64,000 nt of DNA from Candidatus Nomurabacteria bacterium (GCA_028286645.1 JAQBRF010000002.1:186518-250517); one strand, 5' to 3'; counted from the stretch's first letter, positions 20,546 through 31,132 are shown. The notes: generated by a model not told the origin, from the letters alone. Program-made: numbers and translations.

Positions 20546-21325
20546 TTATTCAGAAGTCTCCCAAATAATATTAAAAAGGATAGTAATCATGTTGGCTAAT
20601 GCTTCTGATTCTATCCACATGGCCATCTGCTCTTTATAAGAAACTATAATCACATTATTACCGAAAGCATCTATATTTGGCTCAAAGGTAAGGTTTTTAT
20701 TGGTCCGCTCAATAACATTTGATACTTTGTACCCCAGTTGCCCTTCCTTCCCGCATATACCTTTTCCAGATTTTCCTTTTTTTTCAAATGTTTTGCTCCA
20801 TTTAAGCCAATATTCCTGGGACAAATGCTTAAAATCTGGATTAAATTGAGCACCAAGGAAACAAATGAATTCGCCCCCCTCTAACTCTTTCTGCTCTTTG
20901 TCGTACATATCTCTAATCTGATCTAGTCCATAATAGTATTTTATTTTCATCAGTCTAGAGCTAACTCTTGGAAGAGAAAGAAGAGACTCTATAACCTTTG
21001 ACATATCTTGAGAAGCAGAATCTATTCTTTTTCTCTCTTGCTCTACTAAATCTCTTAAAGTGTTTGGATGTGCGGCTATAAACTTTGAGCTACTCCTTCC
21101 TGTGGGCTGAATTAAACCTTTATTTATAAGCCGGTCGCATTCTGTATAGAGCTGTTGGCGATTGATTCCTGTAATGGTAGATATTTGTAGAATGGAAAGA
21201 ATCCCAGAAGAGAGCAGGGTGCTGTAAACAACGATCTGATTGTCAGTTAGTCCTAGTTCCTTAAGAAAGAGAGTGACTTCTTTAGTGGGGGTTATCTTTT
21301 TAGGTAAAACTACATTTCTTTTCAT
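20546..21325 (-). CDS. TrmB-family transcriptional regulator
   Basis: LGLT..Q..VY..LL..G, INRQQLY...L..KGL; C-terminal IES...LF..IW. Confidence 0.85.
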   Translation of the reverse strand: MKRNVVLPKKITPTKEVTLFLKELGLTDNQIVVYSTLLSSGILSILQISTITGINRQQLYTECDRLINKGLIQPTGRSSSKFIAAHPNTLRDLVEQERKRIDSASQDMSKVIESLLSLPRVSSRLMKIKYYYGLDQIRDMYDKEQKELEGGEFICFLGAQFNPDFKHLSQEYWLKWSKTFEKKGKSGKGICGKEGQLGYKVSNVIERTNKNLTFEPNIDAFGNNVIIVSYKEQMAMWIESEALANMITILFNIIWETSE

Positions 21326-21550
21326 TAAATTAGTATAGCTTCTTTGTCTTTATTAAATAAGAGATAAGACCCCAAAATAAAAATTGCATAATTTATCCTT
21401 ATATGATAAGATTATTTCTACTCACTTGGCATTTCCTTAACTTGCTTGGCTAAGGAGTACTGCAGTTAATTATTATCAGTTTCTTTATTTATATAACTTA
21501 ATAGTCCAATATCTCCGTCAAAGGCGGATGACAAGACCAAACAAAAACAT

Positions 21551-22744
21551 ATGGCAGAAACATTTAATCGCGACAAACCACACGTAAACGTAGGAACTAT
21601 CGGTCACGTAGACCATGGAAAGACTACTCTTACAGCAGCTATTCTTAACGTGCTTCACCTTAAGGATGCAACTGTAAAGATGAAAGATGTTAATGATATC
21701 GACAAGGCGCCCGAAGAAAAGGCCCGAGGTATTACTATTTCTCTATCTCACAGTGAATACTGGACAGAAAATCGTCACTACGCTCACATTGATGCGCCAG
21801 GACATGCTGACTATATTAAGAACATGATTACCGGTGCCGCACAGATGGACGGAGCTATTCTAGTAGTAGCCGCAACTGATGGACCAATGCCACAAACTCG
21901 CGAGCACATCCTCCTAGCCAAGCAGGTTGGAGTGCCTCGAATCGTAGTATTCATGAATAAGTGCGATATGGTAGAAGATGCAGAAATGCTTGATCTCGTT
22001 GAAGAAGAAATTCGCGAGCTTCTTACAAAGCAGGGTTACGACGGAGCAAATACTCCAGTTATCCGAGGTTCAGGCCTTAAAGCTCTTGAAGCAAAGGACA
22101 TTAATGATCCTTGGGCAGTGAAGATTGTTGAGCTTATGACTGCGCTTGATACTTGGATTCCAGTTCCAGAGCGTGATATTACAAAGCCATTCCTTATGCC
22201 TGTAGAAGACATCTTCTCAATCGAAGGACGTGGAACTGTGGTAACAGGACGTATTGAAAGAGGGACAATTAAACTTAACGAAGAAATTGAAATCGTGGGA
22301 CTTAAAGATACTGCAAAGACTGTGGTAACTGGTATTGAAATGTTCAATAAGCAACTATCTGAAGGAGTGGCCGGAGACAACGCCGGAATCCTTATCAGAG
22401 GTCTTAAGAAAGAAGATATTATGCGAGGACAAGTTCTTGCAAAGCCTGGAAGCGTGAAGCCTCATACAGATTTCGAAGCAGAAGTATACATTCTTAAGAA
22501 GGATGAAGGAGGAAGACACACTCCATTCTTAAATGGTTATAAGCCACAATTCTATGTACGCACAACGGACGTAACAGGAGAAGTGACTCTTGCACCAGGA
22601 ACAGAAATGGTTATGCCAGGAGATACTGTTAAGTTTACAGTTAAGCTGCTTGCCCCAATCGCTCTTGAGGAACAAGGACACTTTGCTATCCGCGAAGGAG
22701 GTAAAACTGTAGGAGCCGGAGTCGTTACAAAGATAATTGCCTAA
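21551..22744 (+). CDS. tuf: Elongation factor Tu
   Basis: [33 protein letters not shown]. Confidence 0.99.
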   Translation: MAETFNRDKPHVNVGTIGHVDHGKTTLTAAILNVLHLKDATVKMKDVNDIDKAPEEKARGITISLSHSEYWTENRHYAHIDAPGHADYIKNMITGAAQMDGAILVVAATDGPMPQTREHILLAKQVGVPRIVVFMNKCDMVEDAEMLDLVEEEIRELLTKQGYDGANTPVIRGSGLKALEAKDINDPWAVKIVELMTALDTWIPVPERDITKPFLMPVEDIFSIEGRGTVVTGRIERGTIKLNEEIEIVGLKDTAKTVVTGIEMFNKQLSEGVAGDNAGILIRGLKKEDIMRGQVLAKPGSVKPHTDFEAEVYILKKDEGGRHTPFLNGYKPQFYVRTTDVTGEVTLAPGTEMVMPGDTVKFTVKLLAPIALEEQGHFAIREGGKTVGAGVVTKIIA

Positions 22745-22819
22745 AACCTCCGAAGGAGGTCGGCCGACAAATCAAAGATTTGTTTAGGCGTAAAGATCTC
22801 TAAAATTATTTAAACAATT

Positions 22820-23209
22820 ATGGCAGCAACAACTACAGCAGCAAAAAAGACCAAAAGCGCGGCAAAGGCTGCTCCGAAGGTGACCAAGCTTAAACAAGCA
22901 GAAGTACAAAAGCTACGCATTCGCATTCGCGCATATGAAAGCAAAATACTTGATGCTTCAGTTAAGCAAATCATCGATACAGCAAGACGCTTCGAAGCTG
23001 TAATCTTAGGTCCTATTCCACTTCCAACTGAAATCAAGAGATACACAGTAAATAGATCATCATTTATTTATAAAGATGCTCGAGAACAGTTCGAAATGCG
23101 AATCCATAAAAGACTTATCGATATAGTTAACCCGAACGCTAAGCTTATCGAAGCATTAACCAACCTGTCTCTTCCTTCAGGAGTAGACATTGATGTAAAG
23201 ATGGCTTAA
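22820..23209 (+). CDS. rpsJ: 30S ribosomal protein S10
   Basis: GPIPLPT, REQFEMRIHKRLID. Confidence 0.98.
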   Translation: MAATTTAAKKTKSAAKAAPKVTKLKQAEVQKLRIRIRAYESKILDASVKQIIDTARRFEAVILGPIPLPTEIKRYTVNRSSFIYKDAREQFEMRIHKRLIDIVNPNAKLIEALTNLSLPSGVDIDVKMA

Positions 23210-23266
23210 ATAGATTGTAGATTGTAGAAATGCAGATACAATCGAAAATATCTAGAAATACACAAC

Positions 23267-23869
23267 ATGAAATTCTCACTAGCTACAAAACAGAATATGA
23301 CTGAATTCTTTGGAGAAGATGGAACCGTCCATCCTGCAACTATTCTTCGCGCTTCCGCGCTCACTGTGACCGCGATTAAGAATATTGATAAAGACGGTTA
23401 TCATGCTATCCAAGTAGCTCAAGGGGAACAAAAGAAGGAAAGGCTTTCTAAAGCGCTTCTCGGACATCTTAAAGGAAATTCATACAAAGTTGTAAAGGAA
23501 TTTAGAACAGAAGGCGGAGACTTGAATATAGGCGCGACAATTGCTTGCGATATTTTCTCAAAAGGAGACATCGTGACAATTTCAAGTATTTCTAAGGGTA
23601 AAGGTTTCCAAGGTGGAATGAAAAGACACGGGATGAAAGGAGGGTGGGGCCAGCACGGACAGAAGCACTCTGCTCGAGAAATTGGATCAATTGGTTCAAC
23701 TGGACAGCAAAGGGTGAACAAAGGAAAGAGAATGCCAGGAAGAATGGGAAGTGATCGCATAACACAAAAGAATGTAAAGATTCTTGATGTGGATGTAGAA
23801 AATGGGCTCATCCTTATTAAAGGGGCAGTTGCTGGTAAGCGTGGAACTTTGGTAGAGCTCAAGGGCTAA
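23267..23869 (+). CDS. rplC: 50S ribosomal protein L3
   Basis: SKGKGFQG..KRH, KGKRMPGRMG. Confidence 0.98.
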   Translation: MKFSLATKQNMTEFFGEDGTVHPATILRASALTVTAIKNIDKDGYHAIQVAQGEQKKERLSKALLGHLKGNSYKVVKEFRTEGGDLNIGATIACDIFSKGDIVTISSISKGKGFQGGMKRHGMKGGWGQHGQKHSAREIGSIGSTGQQRVNKGKRMPGRMGSDRITQKNVKILDVDVENGLILIKGAVAGKRGTLVELKG

Positions 23870-23878
23870 ATAAAACTT

Positions 23879-24538
23879 ATGCAAGTAAACATATATACAA
23901 CTGAAGGAAAGAAATCAAAGACTCTAGAGCTGCCAGAGAATATTTTTGGTGCTAAGTGGAATGCTGATCTTGTTGCTCAAGTAGTAACTTCACAAGCTTC
24001 AAACCGCCGCGCGGGAACTGCGCATACTAAAAACCGCGCTGAAGTGAGAGGTTCACATAAAAAACCATGGGCTCAGAAAGGTTCAGGACGTGCTCGTCAT
24101 GGTTCTGCTCAGTCACCCCTATGGAAAGGGGGAGGTGTTACATTCGGGCCTAGAAACGAAAAGAGTTATAAAAAGACTATCACTAAGAGCATGAGAAGCG
24201 GAGCGCTTTTCTCACTTCTATCTGCGAAGCTAAAGGCTGGTAAAATAATTTTCGTGGAATCAGTCCCTTCTGTTTCCAAAACAAAAGATGCTGATGTATT
24301 AATGAAAGGCCTTACTAATATTGAAGGATTCAAAACTCTTACATATAAAAAGCCAAATAATGTATATATGACTGTGCAAGGAGTTGACGCAGCGGGAAAA
24401 AGAGCATTTAGAAATCTTCCATATATGACACTTCATAATGTTGAAGACTTAAACCCGCTTGATATCGCTAACTCAAGATACCTTGTAATTGCAAACCCAG
24501 AGGAATCAATCAAGTACTTATCTTCAAAATTGAAATAA
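23879..24538 (+). CDS. rplD: 50S ribosomal protein L4
   Basis: KPWAQKGSGRARHGS, GGGVTFGP. Confidence 0.98.
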   Translation: MQVNIYTTEGKKSKTLELPENIFGAKWNADLVAQVVTSQASNRRAGTAHTKNRAEVRGSHKKPWAQKGSGRARHGSAQSPLWKGGGVTFGPRNEKSYKKTITKSMRSGALFSLLSAKLKAGKIIFVESVPSVSKTKDADVLMKGLTNIEGFKTLTYKKPNNVYMTVQGVDAAGKRAFRNLPYMTLHNVEDLNPLDIANSRYLVIANPEESIKYLSSKLK

Positions 24539-24542
24539 ATAT

Positions 24543-24854
24543 ATGGCAACCAAGAAAACAACAACTAAAGACGAAGTAGCAGAAGTAAAAAAGCTTATTA
24601 TTTCTCCTCGCATTACTGAAAAAGCATCAGCTCAATCATCTGCAAATGCTTACACATTTGTTGTTGAAAAAAATGCCAATAAAAAAGATCTCATGGAAGA
24701 AATCAAGAAACAGTATAAAGTAACTCCTAAAGCTATTAATATCACCAATCTGCCTCGAAGAAGCACTTTTATTAGAGGCAGAAAGGGTTTCACCACCGGG
24801 ATCAAGAAAGCAATTGTTTTCTTAAAGAAGGGGGACACCATTAACTTGTCCTAA
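24543..24854 (+). CDS. rplW: 50S ribosomal protein L23
   Basis: PRITEK, KKAIV.LK.G and operon position. Confidence 0.97.
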   Translation: MATKKTTTKDEVAEVKKLIISPRITEKASAQSSANAYTFVVEKNANKKDLMEEIKKQYKVTPKAINITNLPRRSTFIRGRKGFTTGIKKAIVFLKKGDTINLS

Positions 24855-24892
24855 ATAAGACGTTAGATTTTAGATAACACGAATTCAAACTT

Positions 24893-25732
24893 ATGAAAAC
24901 ATACAGACCCACAACCCCATCACGAAGAAAAATGTCTACGGTATCATACCGAGGAGTAATCACTGCAAGCGAGCCATACAAGCCGTTAACTCGTGGATTT
25001 CGTCGTGGATCAGGAAGAAATGCGTATGGAAGAATCACTTCACAACATCGTGGAGGAGGACATAAGCGATCTTTCCGAGAAATTGACTTTTCATATGACA
25101 AATTAGACATTCCTGCGAAGGTTCAGACAGTTGAATATGATCCAAACAGATCAGGATTCATCGGGCTTGTAGCATATGCTGACGGAGCAAAGCGTTATGT
25201 TCTTTTACCGAAATCAATGAAAGTGGGGGATAAATTTATAGTTTCAGAAAAAGCAGACCTTGTGGCTGGAAACAGAACAGCCCTTAAGAGCATTCCTGTA
25301 GGAACATTTGTATATAATATCGAACTCAAACCAAGGACCTCTGCTAAGCTTGTTCGTTCAGCGGGAGTATATGCGCAAGTGGTAGCCCATGATGAAGGAT
25401 ATACATCAATCAAGCTTCCTTCATCGGAAGTAAGAAAGGTGACAGATACGTGTTTTGCCTCAATTGGGGAAGTATCTAATGATGAATATCGTTTAAGAAA
25501 TTTAGGTAAGGCAGGACGATCACGCCATCTAGGCATCAGACCAAAGACACGTGCTATGGCCATGAACCCGGTAGACCATCCATACGGAGGAGGAGAAGGA
25601 GCACAGCCTCGAGGAACTCGTCGTCCAAAGACCCGCCATGGAAAGATCACTGGAGGCCATAAGACTAGAACTCCAAAGAAATACTCAAATGTTCACATTG
25701 TTTCAAGACGAGTAGTAAGAAAGAAAAAATAG
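24893..25732 (+). CDS. rplB: 50S ribosomal protein L2
   Basis: EYDPNRS, MNPVDHP.GGGEG. Confidence 0.99.
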   Translation: MKTYRPTTPSRRKMSTVSYRGVITASEPYKPLTRGFRRGSGRNAYGRITSQHRGGGHKRSFREIDFSYDKLDIPAKVQTVEYDPNRSGFIGLVAYADGAKRYVLLPKSMKVGDKFIVSEKADLVAGNRTALKSIPVGTFVYNIELKPRTSAKLVRSAGVYAQVVAHDEGYTSIKLPSSEVRKVTDTCFASIGEVSNDEYRLRNLGKAGRSRHLGIRPKTRAMAMNPVDHPYGGGEGAQPRGTRRPKTRHGKITGGHKTRTPKKYSNVHIVSRRVVRKKK

Positions 25733-25788
25733 CATGAATACTGTCTTTACTTTAGCTAAAAAACTGATATAATTAAGCCCTATTAACT

Positions 25789-26133
25789 ATGACACGATCA
25801 CTTCACAAAGGACCATATGTAGACGAAAGAGTACTAAAAAAGGTGCTCGGCAAGCGTCCTGACCAAACAGGGGTGATTAAGACATGGATCAGAAGAAGTG
25901 ATATTTCTCCTGAAATGGTTGGGTTTACTTTCGGAGTTTATAATGGAAAAACTCACATTGAAGTTTTGGTAACAGAAGATATGGTGGGACATAAGCTCGG
26001 CGAATTCTCTCCAACACGGAAGTTCATCCGCCATGGAGGAAAGATGCAGAAGGAAATTGACCAGAAGAAGTCACAATCAGAAATCACTCAAGCTAAATCT
26101 GCTAAAGCTACAGTAGAAACAAAGAAGAAATAA
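25789..26133 (+). CDS. rpsS: 30S ribosomal protein S19
   Basis: [22 protein letters not shown]. Confidence 0.98.
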   Translation: MTRSLHKGPYVDERVLKKVLGKRPDQTGVIKTWIRRSDISPEMVGFTFGVYNGKTHIEVLVTEDMVGHKLGEFSPTRKFIRHGGKMQKEIDQKKSQSEITQAKSAKATVETKKK

Positions 26134-26138
26134 TACAT

Positions 26139-26495
26139 ATGAAAGCCTCTATTAAAAACTATCGCCAAGCGCCGCGTAAAATTCGCCTTATTACAGATCT
26201 TGTAAAGGGTAAATCTGCCGCACAAGCGCAAGCGATATTAACTCATTTGATTAAAAGAGGCTCACTTCCGGTTAAAAAGCTTCTTGATTCAGCCGTGTCT
26301 AATTCCGGAGAAAAAGCAGAAAATTTAATTGTAAAGAAAATAACAACAGAAAAAGGCGTCGTTATAAAAAGATGGATGCCGCGAGCCATGGGACGTGCGT
26401 TCCCAATTCACAAGCATACAAGCAACATCGTAATCGAATTGGCTTCTAAGAATTCAAAGAAGGATGAAAGCATTAATCTAAAATCTAATGTCTAA
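26139..26495 (+). CDS. rplV: 50S ribosomal protein L22
   Basis: PRKIRL..DLVKG, PRAMGRA. Confidence 0.97.
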   Translation: MKASIKNYRQAPRKIRLITDLVKGKSAAQAQAILTHLIKRGSLPVKKLLDSAVSNSGEKAENLIVKKITTEKGVVIKRWMPRAMGRAFPIHKHTSNIVIELASKNSKKDESINLKSNV

Positions 26496-26513
26496 CATCT
26501 AATAACTATTTAT

Positions 26514-27188
26514 ATGACACACGTAGTACACCCATATTCACATAGACTTGGAATCATACGCGACTGGAAGTCACGCTGGTTCGGCAAGGACACCACAAAG
26601 TATGTAGATCATCTTCGTACTGATGTTTTAGTTAGAAGCTGGCTTACTAAACGTCTTCGAGGTATGCATCTTTCTGTAATTGAAATTGAAAGAAGTGAAA
26701 AGCAGTACAGAATAATGATCCACACATCACGCCCTGGTATGATTATCGGACGAAGCGGGGAGGGGATTGAAAAACTTCGAGTTGCTTTAAAGAAGGAGAT
26801 GCACCGATCAAAGATCGTTATTCCTCAGGATATGAAGCTAGATATAGTTGAAGTTAATAATCCAGAAGCGGACGCTGCAATTGTGGCTTCAATGGTAGCA
26901 GAAGGAATCGAAAAGCGTCTTCCTTTCAGAAGAGTTCTTAAGAGTACGATAGAAAAAGTTATGGCCAACAGAGATGTGATGGGAGCTGCTATTGCGGTGT
27001 CCGGACGTCTAGGAGGGGCTGAAATGGCGCGACGTGAAATGATGAAGCGTGGAGGTATTCCACTTCAGACGCTTCGCGCTGACATCGATTTCGCTCGCGA
27101 TAAAGCATACATGACATATGGAGTAATCGGTATTAAGGTATGGATTTATCGAGGAATGAAGTTTGATAAGAAAGAGCAGCCCAAATAA
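26514..27188 (+). CDS. rpsC: 30S ribosomal protein S3
   Basis: RPGMIIG, GRLGGAEMAR, PLQTLRADID. Confidence 0.98.
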   Translation: MTHVVHPYSHRLGIIRDWKSRWFGKDTTKYVDHLRTDVLVRSWLTKRLRGMHLSVIEIERSEKQYRIMIHTSRPGMIIGRSGEGIEKLRVALKKEMHRSKIVIPQDMKLDIVEVNNPEADAAIVASMVAEGIEKRLPFRRVLKSTIEKVMANRDVMGAAIAVSGRLGGAEMARREMMKRGGIPLQTLRADIDFARDKAYMTYGVIGIKVWIYRGMKFDKKEQPK

Positions 27189-27199
27189 TTTAAAAATAT

Positions 27200-27619
27200 A
27201 TGTTATTCCCCAAGAAAGTTAAACATCGAAAGTGGCAGACAGCACGACTCTCAAAAGAGAAGCTGCTTCGACCTGAGACAAAGGGGATTACAGTTTCGTT
27301 TGGCGCTTTTGGATTAAAAGCAGAAACTCCAGCCCGAGTAGCCGCAAATCAAATCGAAGCAGCAAGACGTGTTATGACTCGCCATGCCGGCAAGACTGCG
27401 AAAGTTTGGATTAGGATTTTCCCAGATCGTCCAGTTACTAAAAAAGCTGCAGAAACTCCGATGGGTAAAGGAAAAGGAGATCCAGATCGATATGTATTTG
27501 AAGTTCGTCCAGGAAGAATCTTATTTGAAATAGATGGAGTGTCGGAAGTGGTAGCACGCGAAGCTCTTCGAAAGGCTGGAGCCAAGCTTCCAATTAAGTG
27601 TTTCGTAGTAGCAAGATAA
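27200..27619 (+). CDS. rplP: 50S ribosomal protein L16
   Basis: QIEAARR, WIRIFPD, MGKGKG. Confidence 0.98.
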   Translation: MLFPKKVKHRKWQTARLSKEKLLRPETKGITVSFGAFGLKAETPARVAANQIEAARRVMTRHAGKTAKVWIRIFPDRPVTKKAAETPMGKGKGDPDRYVFEVRPGRILFEIDGVSEVVAREALRKAGAKLPIKCFVVAR

Positions 27620-27623
27620 ATAT

Positions 27624-27893
27624 ATGGAAAAAAATACTCAACAAGAAAATATTGCAAACCGAAAGAAGATTACCGGCGAAGTAGTTTCGGATAAAATGGA
27701 TAAAACCGTGGTAGTAAATACATCACGTTATGTTGCTCATAAGAAATACGGAAAGAGATACAAAATAAACAAGAGATACAAGGCGCATGACGAAAACAAC
27801 GAATACAAAGTTGGAGATAAGGTGATCATCGAAGAGTCTCGTCCAATATCTAAAGATAAGACGTTTGTAGTAATTGGCCACGTAGGAAAATAA
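27624..27893 (+). CDS. rpsQ: 30S ribosomal protein S17
   Basis: GEVVSDKMDKTVVV, AHDE, RPISK.K. Confidence 0.98.
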   Translation: MEKNTQQENIANRKKITGEVVSDKMDKTVVVNTSRYVAHKKYGKRYKINKRYKAHDENNEYKVGDKVIIEESRPISKDKTFVVIGHVGK

Positions 27894-27904
27894 TTTAGAA
27901 ATAT

Positions 27905-28285
27905 ATGATACAAGCAGGAACAAATGTAAAAATAACAGATAACTCAGGCGCAAAGTTCGGCCGTGTTTTCAAGATACTTGGAGGATCAAAGAGGAGATAC
28001 GCGTCCTTGGGAGATTTGGTAGTGCTTTCAGTTAAGGTCGCAGAGCCTCGTAAGCAGACAAAGAAGAAGGATATCGTATACGCGGTAGTGGTTAGAACTA
28101 TAAAGCAGGTTAGAAGAAAGGATGGATCATATATTTCTTTTGATGATAATGCTGTGGTTATAGTGGACAAGGTAAAGAAGGAGCCTCGAGCGGGACGTGT
28201 TTTCGGACCAATTCCCCGAGAGCTTTCAGAGTCGGGTGTAGACGGATATAAGAAAATAGCCTCATTAGCTCCTGAGGTAATATAA
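27905..28285 (+). CDS. rplN: 50S ribosomal protein L14
   Basis: DNSGAK, FDDNAVV, FGPIPREL, SLAPEV. Confidence 0.98.
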   Translation: MIQAGTNVKITDNSGAKFGRVFKILGGSKRRYASLGDLVVLSVKVAEPRKQTKKKDIVYAVVVRTIKQVRRKDGSYISFDDNAVVIVDKVKKEPRAGRVFGPIPRELSESGVDGYKKIASLAPEVI

Positions 28286-28334
28286 CTAGATGGTAGATAT
28301 TAGACATTAGATTTTAGATAAATACAAAAATACC

Positions 28335-28637
28335 ATGCACATAAAAAAAGGAGACAAAGTAATAGTGATCGCTGGGAAGGAAAAAGGAAAATCCTCTACT
28401 GTCGTTCGTATTCTTCGTGAAGAGAACAAGGTTATCTTAGAAGGATTGAACATGGTAAAACGCCATACTCGTCCACTAAAGGCGGGAGAAAAGGGAGGTA
28501 TCGTAAATATTTCAATGCCGATCCACGCTTCAAATGTGAAGCTCGCGGAAAAGAAGGTTAAAGGTGAAAAGAAGGAAGATAAGAAGCCTGCAGCAAAGAA
28601 AAGGTCAGCCAAAAAAGTCGTTAAAGCAGAAGAATAA
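28335..28637 (+). CDS. rplX: 50S ribosomal protein L24
   Basis: IKKGDKV.VIAGK.KGK, PIHASNV. Confidence 0.97.
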   Translation: MHIKKGDKVIVIAGKEKGKSSTVVRILREENKVILEGLNMVKRHTRPLKAGEKGGIVNISMPIHASNVKLAEKKVKGEKKEDKKPAAKKRSAKKVVKAEE

Positions 28638-28664
28638 AAAAAGCCGCTCGTTGAGCGGCTTTTT
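28638..28664. terminator. Bidirectional intrinsic terminator
   Basis: AAAAAGCCGCTC-gtt-GAGCGGCTTTT between convergent genes. Confidence 0.85.
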
Positions 28665-28885
28665 CACACGAAGAACGTTGTTACTATGGATGGCAACCAC
28701 ACCATTGTGCCGAACCATACCCATAAAGTTAAAGCCAGCACTCCGACCATCCACACTATTCTGCTGGTTTTGCAGCTCTCTCCTATTTCGAAGGTCACTT
28801 TAGTTATAACGTATGAAACAAGGCTGAGGACAAAAAAGAAAGATATGGTTTTATCCCACTGGAGCATCTCCAAGATTTCGATCAT
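28664..28885 (-). CDS. Small two-TM membrane protein
   Basis: SD GGGAGG upstream; two hydrophobic helices. Confidence 0.6.
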   Translation of the reverse strand: MIEILEMLQWDKTISFFFVLSLVSYVITKVTFEIGESCKTSRIVWMVGVLALTLWVWFGTMVWLPSIVTTFFV

Positions 28886-28901
28886 GTATCCTCCCGGAGC
28901 T

Positions 28902-29105
28902 TTAGTTTAGGGGTAAACGCGGCATTAAGATTTCTGCGGACATTAGAAGCAGTGTGGCGATAAATGCCCATTTCCCCACGAACCAAATTCGCTGCCATGT
29001 TAGGTCAGGCGAGTTTCTCTTTATAAAGCCCGCTATTGCCAAGGGGCCAAATAAAAAAAAGAGCAGGCCTAGCATTACTGCAACTGCTGATATAGAGCTA
29101 TACAT
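28902..29105 (-). CDS. Small two-TM membrane protein
   Basis: TTGACT-17-TATAAT promoter, G-rich SD-like GGGGGT and two hydrophobic helices. Confidence 0.65.
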   Translation of the reverse strand: MYSSISAVAVMLGLLFFLFGPLAIAGFIKRNSPDLTWQRIWFVGKWAFIATLLLMSAEILMPRLPLN

Positions 29106-29195
29106 CTTCTACCCCCGGCAGTAAGTATCTCTTAATTATACCATATATGTTATGAATAGTCAATAGGAATGAAATGGTGTTAAAATAATCTAATT

Positions 29196-29879
29196 ATGAG
29201 AGTTTTAACTTGGAATATCGCAAGTATTATTATCTTTAAATTTCTAAGATTTATAAAGCATAATGGTAAAAATATAGACCACTGGGCATTTCATCCGTTT
29301 ATAAATGCAGACTTTGTCTCGAAGCTTATTGGCAATATAAACCCCGATATTATTTTTCTTCAGGAATTTCAATTTAAAGAAGATGCTGAATCCATAAATG
29401 GCTTAATTGAATATCCATACAAGACCTTTATTCTTACATCTTTGCCTCATAATACTTATACTCTGATAGCTTCTAAACAGCCGTTTGTTATTGAAACACA
29501 TAATGGAATTACGCTTATTAAATATGAAAACATAATTTATATTCCTATTCATTTGCATGCCTTTTCATCCAGAAAACGTTCTCAGGAACTTATAAACATT
29601 TTAGGTTTATTCTCAGAAGGAGAAAGATATGTAATTATTGGAGACGCGAATATGGCATCTCGCGGAAGCAAGTATATCTTTTCTAAAGATAGAAAAAGCT
29701 ATAAAAAGATTTTAAGTAAATTAAATGATATTACATCAAATATAAAATCAACAACTATTTTTTTACTCTCTCTAGATAAGGTATTTGTATCAAAAGATAT
29801 TAATATAAAACACGTGGAAAGATTAAAAGAAAGAGGGAAGTATATGGACCATTATCCTGTTTATTTTTATTTTGAATAA
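29196..29879 (+). CDS. Endonuclease/exonuclease/phosphatase family protein
   Basis: TWNI, PDIIFLQE, H, GDAN, LDKVF and DHYPV motifs. Confidence 0.9.
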   Translation: MRVLTWNIASIIIFKFLRFIKHNGKNIDHWAFHPFINADFVSKLIGNINPDIIFLQEFQFKEDAESINGLIEYPYKTFILTSLPHNTYTLIASKQPFVIETHNGITLIKYENIIYIPIHLHAFSSRKRSQELINILGLFSEGERYVIIGDANMASRGSKYIFSKDRKSYKKILSKLNDITSNIKSTTIFLLSLDKVFVSKDINIKHVERLKERGKYMDHYPVYFYFE

Positions 29880-29924
29880 AAAAAGCCGCCCTTGCCAAAG
29901 GGGCGCTTGGTTATAATTGATCCT

Positions 29925-30140
29925 CTAGTATGGGGATGTCTGTGGAGTGCTCAGCAGCATCAGGGTCAAAATAACTCCGATTATGATGAGCAATGCTGCG
30001 CCTGAAATGGTGATGCCTCGCTTCCACCACCGCTCATATCGTGATCCGGTTTTCTGTTTCCGGTGTTCTACTTCTGCGAACCGGTGAATGCCAGCCAGGA
30101 GGAGGCCAAGCACAAGGGCTACCCAAAATCCATGATGCAT
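29925..30140 (-). CDS. Small two-TM membrane protein
   Basis: TTGACA-16-TAATAT promoter, AGGGGT upstream and two TM helices with a basic loop. Confidence 0.6.
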   Translation of the reverse strand: MHHGFWVALVLGLLLAGIHRFAEVEHRKQKTGSRYERWWKRGITISGAALLIIIGVILTLMLLSTPQTSPY

Positions 30141-30480
30141 GTTGCAATACCCCTAAAGAGAAGCTACGTATACATATTACTGCAATATCTTCTTTTGTCA
30201 ATAAACATAGACAAAGTTTTTTAATATGAAAATAAGCTATTTTACAATAGTCACTTTTTATAGTAGAGTATAAGTCTATTACAAATAACGGACTTTCGGG
30301 TTCAAGAAGCGACGTATGACGTTTTGCCGGAGATGATCTGAGCAAGCCAATCGTGCTTAAAATAATAAGGAGCTTCGCGACAATAATATTTTGCCTAATA
30401 TCACTTTTTAGAAAATTAAGAAAAAGTAACATTAGGTGATGATTTTAAAAAATCGCTTCGCTCATTAAAATCAATCAAAT

Positions 30481-31062
30481 ATGGCAGTAAAAAAAACAGG
30501 GGAATTTATGGGAGTAGAAGAAAAGCAGAAAGTTGCATTTGAAAAGCTTTCAAAGGAATTTGGTTATAAGAATGCTATGGCCGCACCGCACTTGGTGAAG
30601 GTTTCTGTTTCTGTGGCGACTGGATCAGCAATGAAAAGAGATAAGAAAAGAAATGAAGTGGTAATGGATCGTATATCAAAGATTACCGGACAAAAGCCAA
30701 CTCTTAGAAAAGCCAAGAAAGCTGTGGCATCATTTAAGACTCGTATAGGAGATGAAATCGGAGTAGCAGTGACTATTCGTGGAGCTCGCATGTATGGCTT
30801 CCTAGACAAGCTTCTTAATGTTTCACTTCCTCGTACAAAAGACTTTAGAGGAGTCTCACGAAGATCAGTCGATGATATCGGAAATATAACTTTCGGAATA
30901 AAAGAACATATAATTTTCCCGGAAATTAAAGATGAAGAGCTCAAGGATGTGTTCGGTCTAGCTATTACAATAGTAACTACTGCAAAGACAAAGCCAGAAG
31001 CTACAAAGTTTTTCGAAATAATCGGAGTGCCATTTAAGGCAGAAGAAGGAAATAAGAAATAA
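30481..31062 (+). CDS. rplE: 50S ribosomal protein L5
   Basis: ITGQKP...AKK.VASFK.R, LPR.KDFRG, IFPEI. Confidence 0.98.
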   Translation: MAVKKTGEFMGVEEKQKVAFEKLSKEFGYKNAMAAPHLVKVSVSVATGSAMKRDKKRNEVVMDRISKITGQKPTLRKAKKAVASFKTRIGDEIGVAVTIRGARMYGFLDKLLNVSLPRTKDFRGVSRRSVDDIGNITFGIKEHIIFPEIKDEELKDVFGLAITIVTTAKTKPEATKFFEIIGVPFKAEEGNKK

Positions 31063-31132
31063 GGAAATTACAAAAACTATAAAATCATATAGTTTTTGTT
31101 TTTTGTATCCAGTCGTAGTACTATTGAAGTAC

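Noticed and set aside
12657-21550. Prophage or ICE between fusA and tuf
   Set aside because: No integrase, phage or conjugation genes and no flanking att repeats seen.
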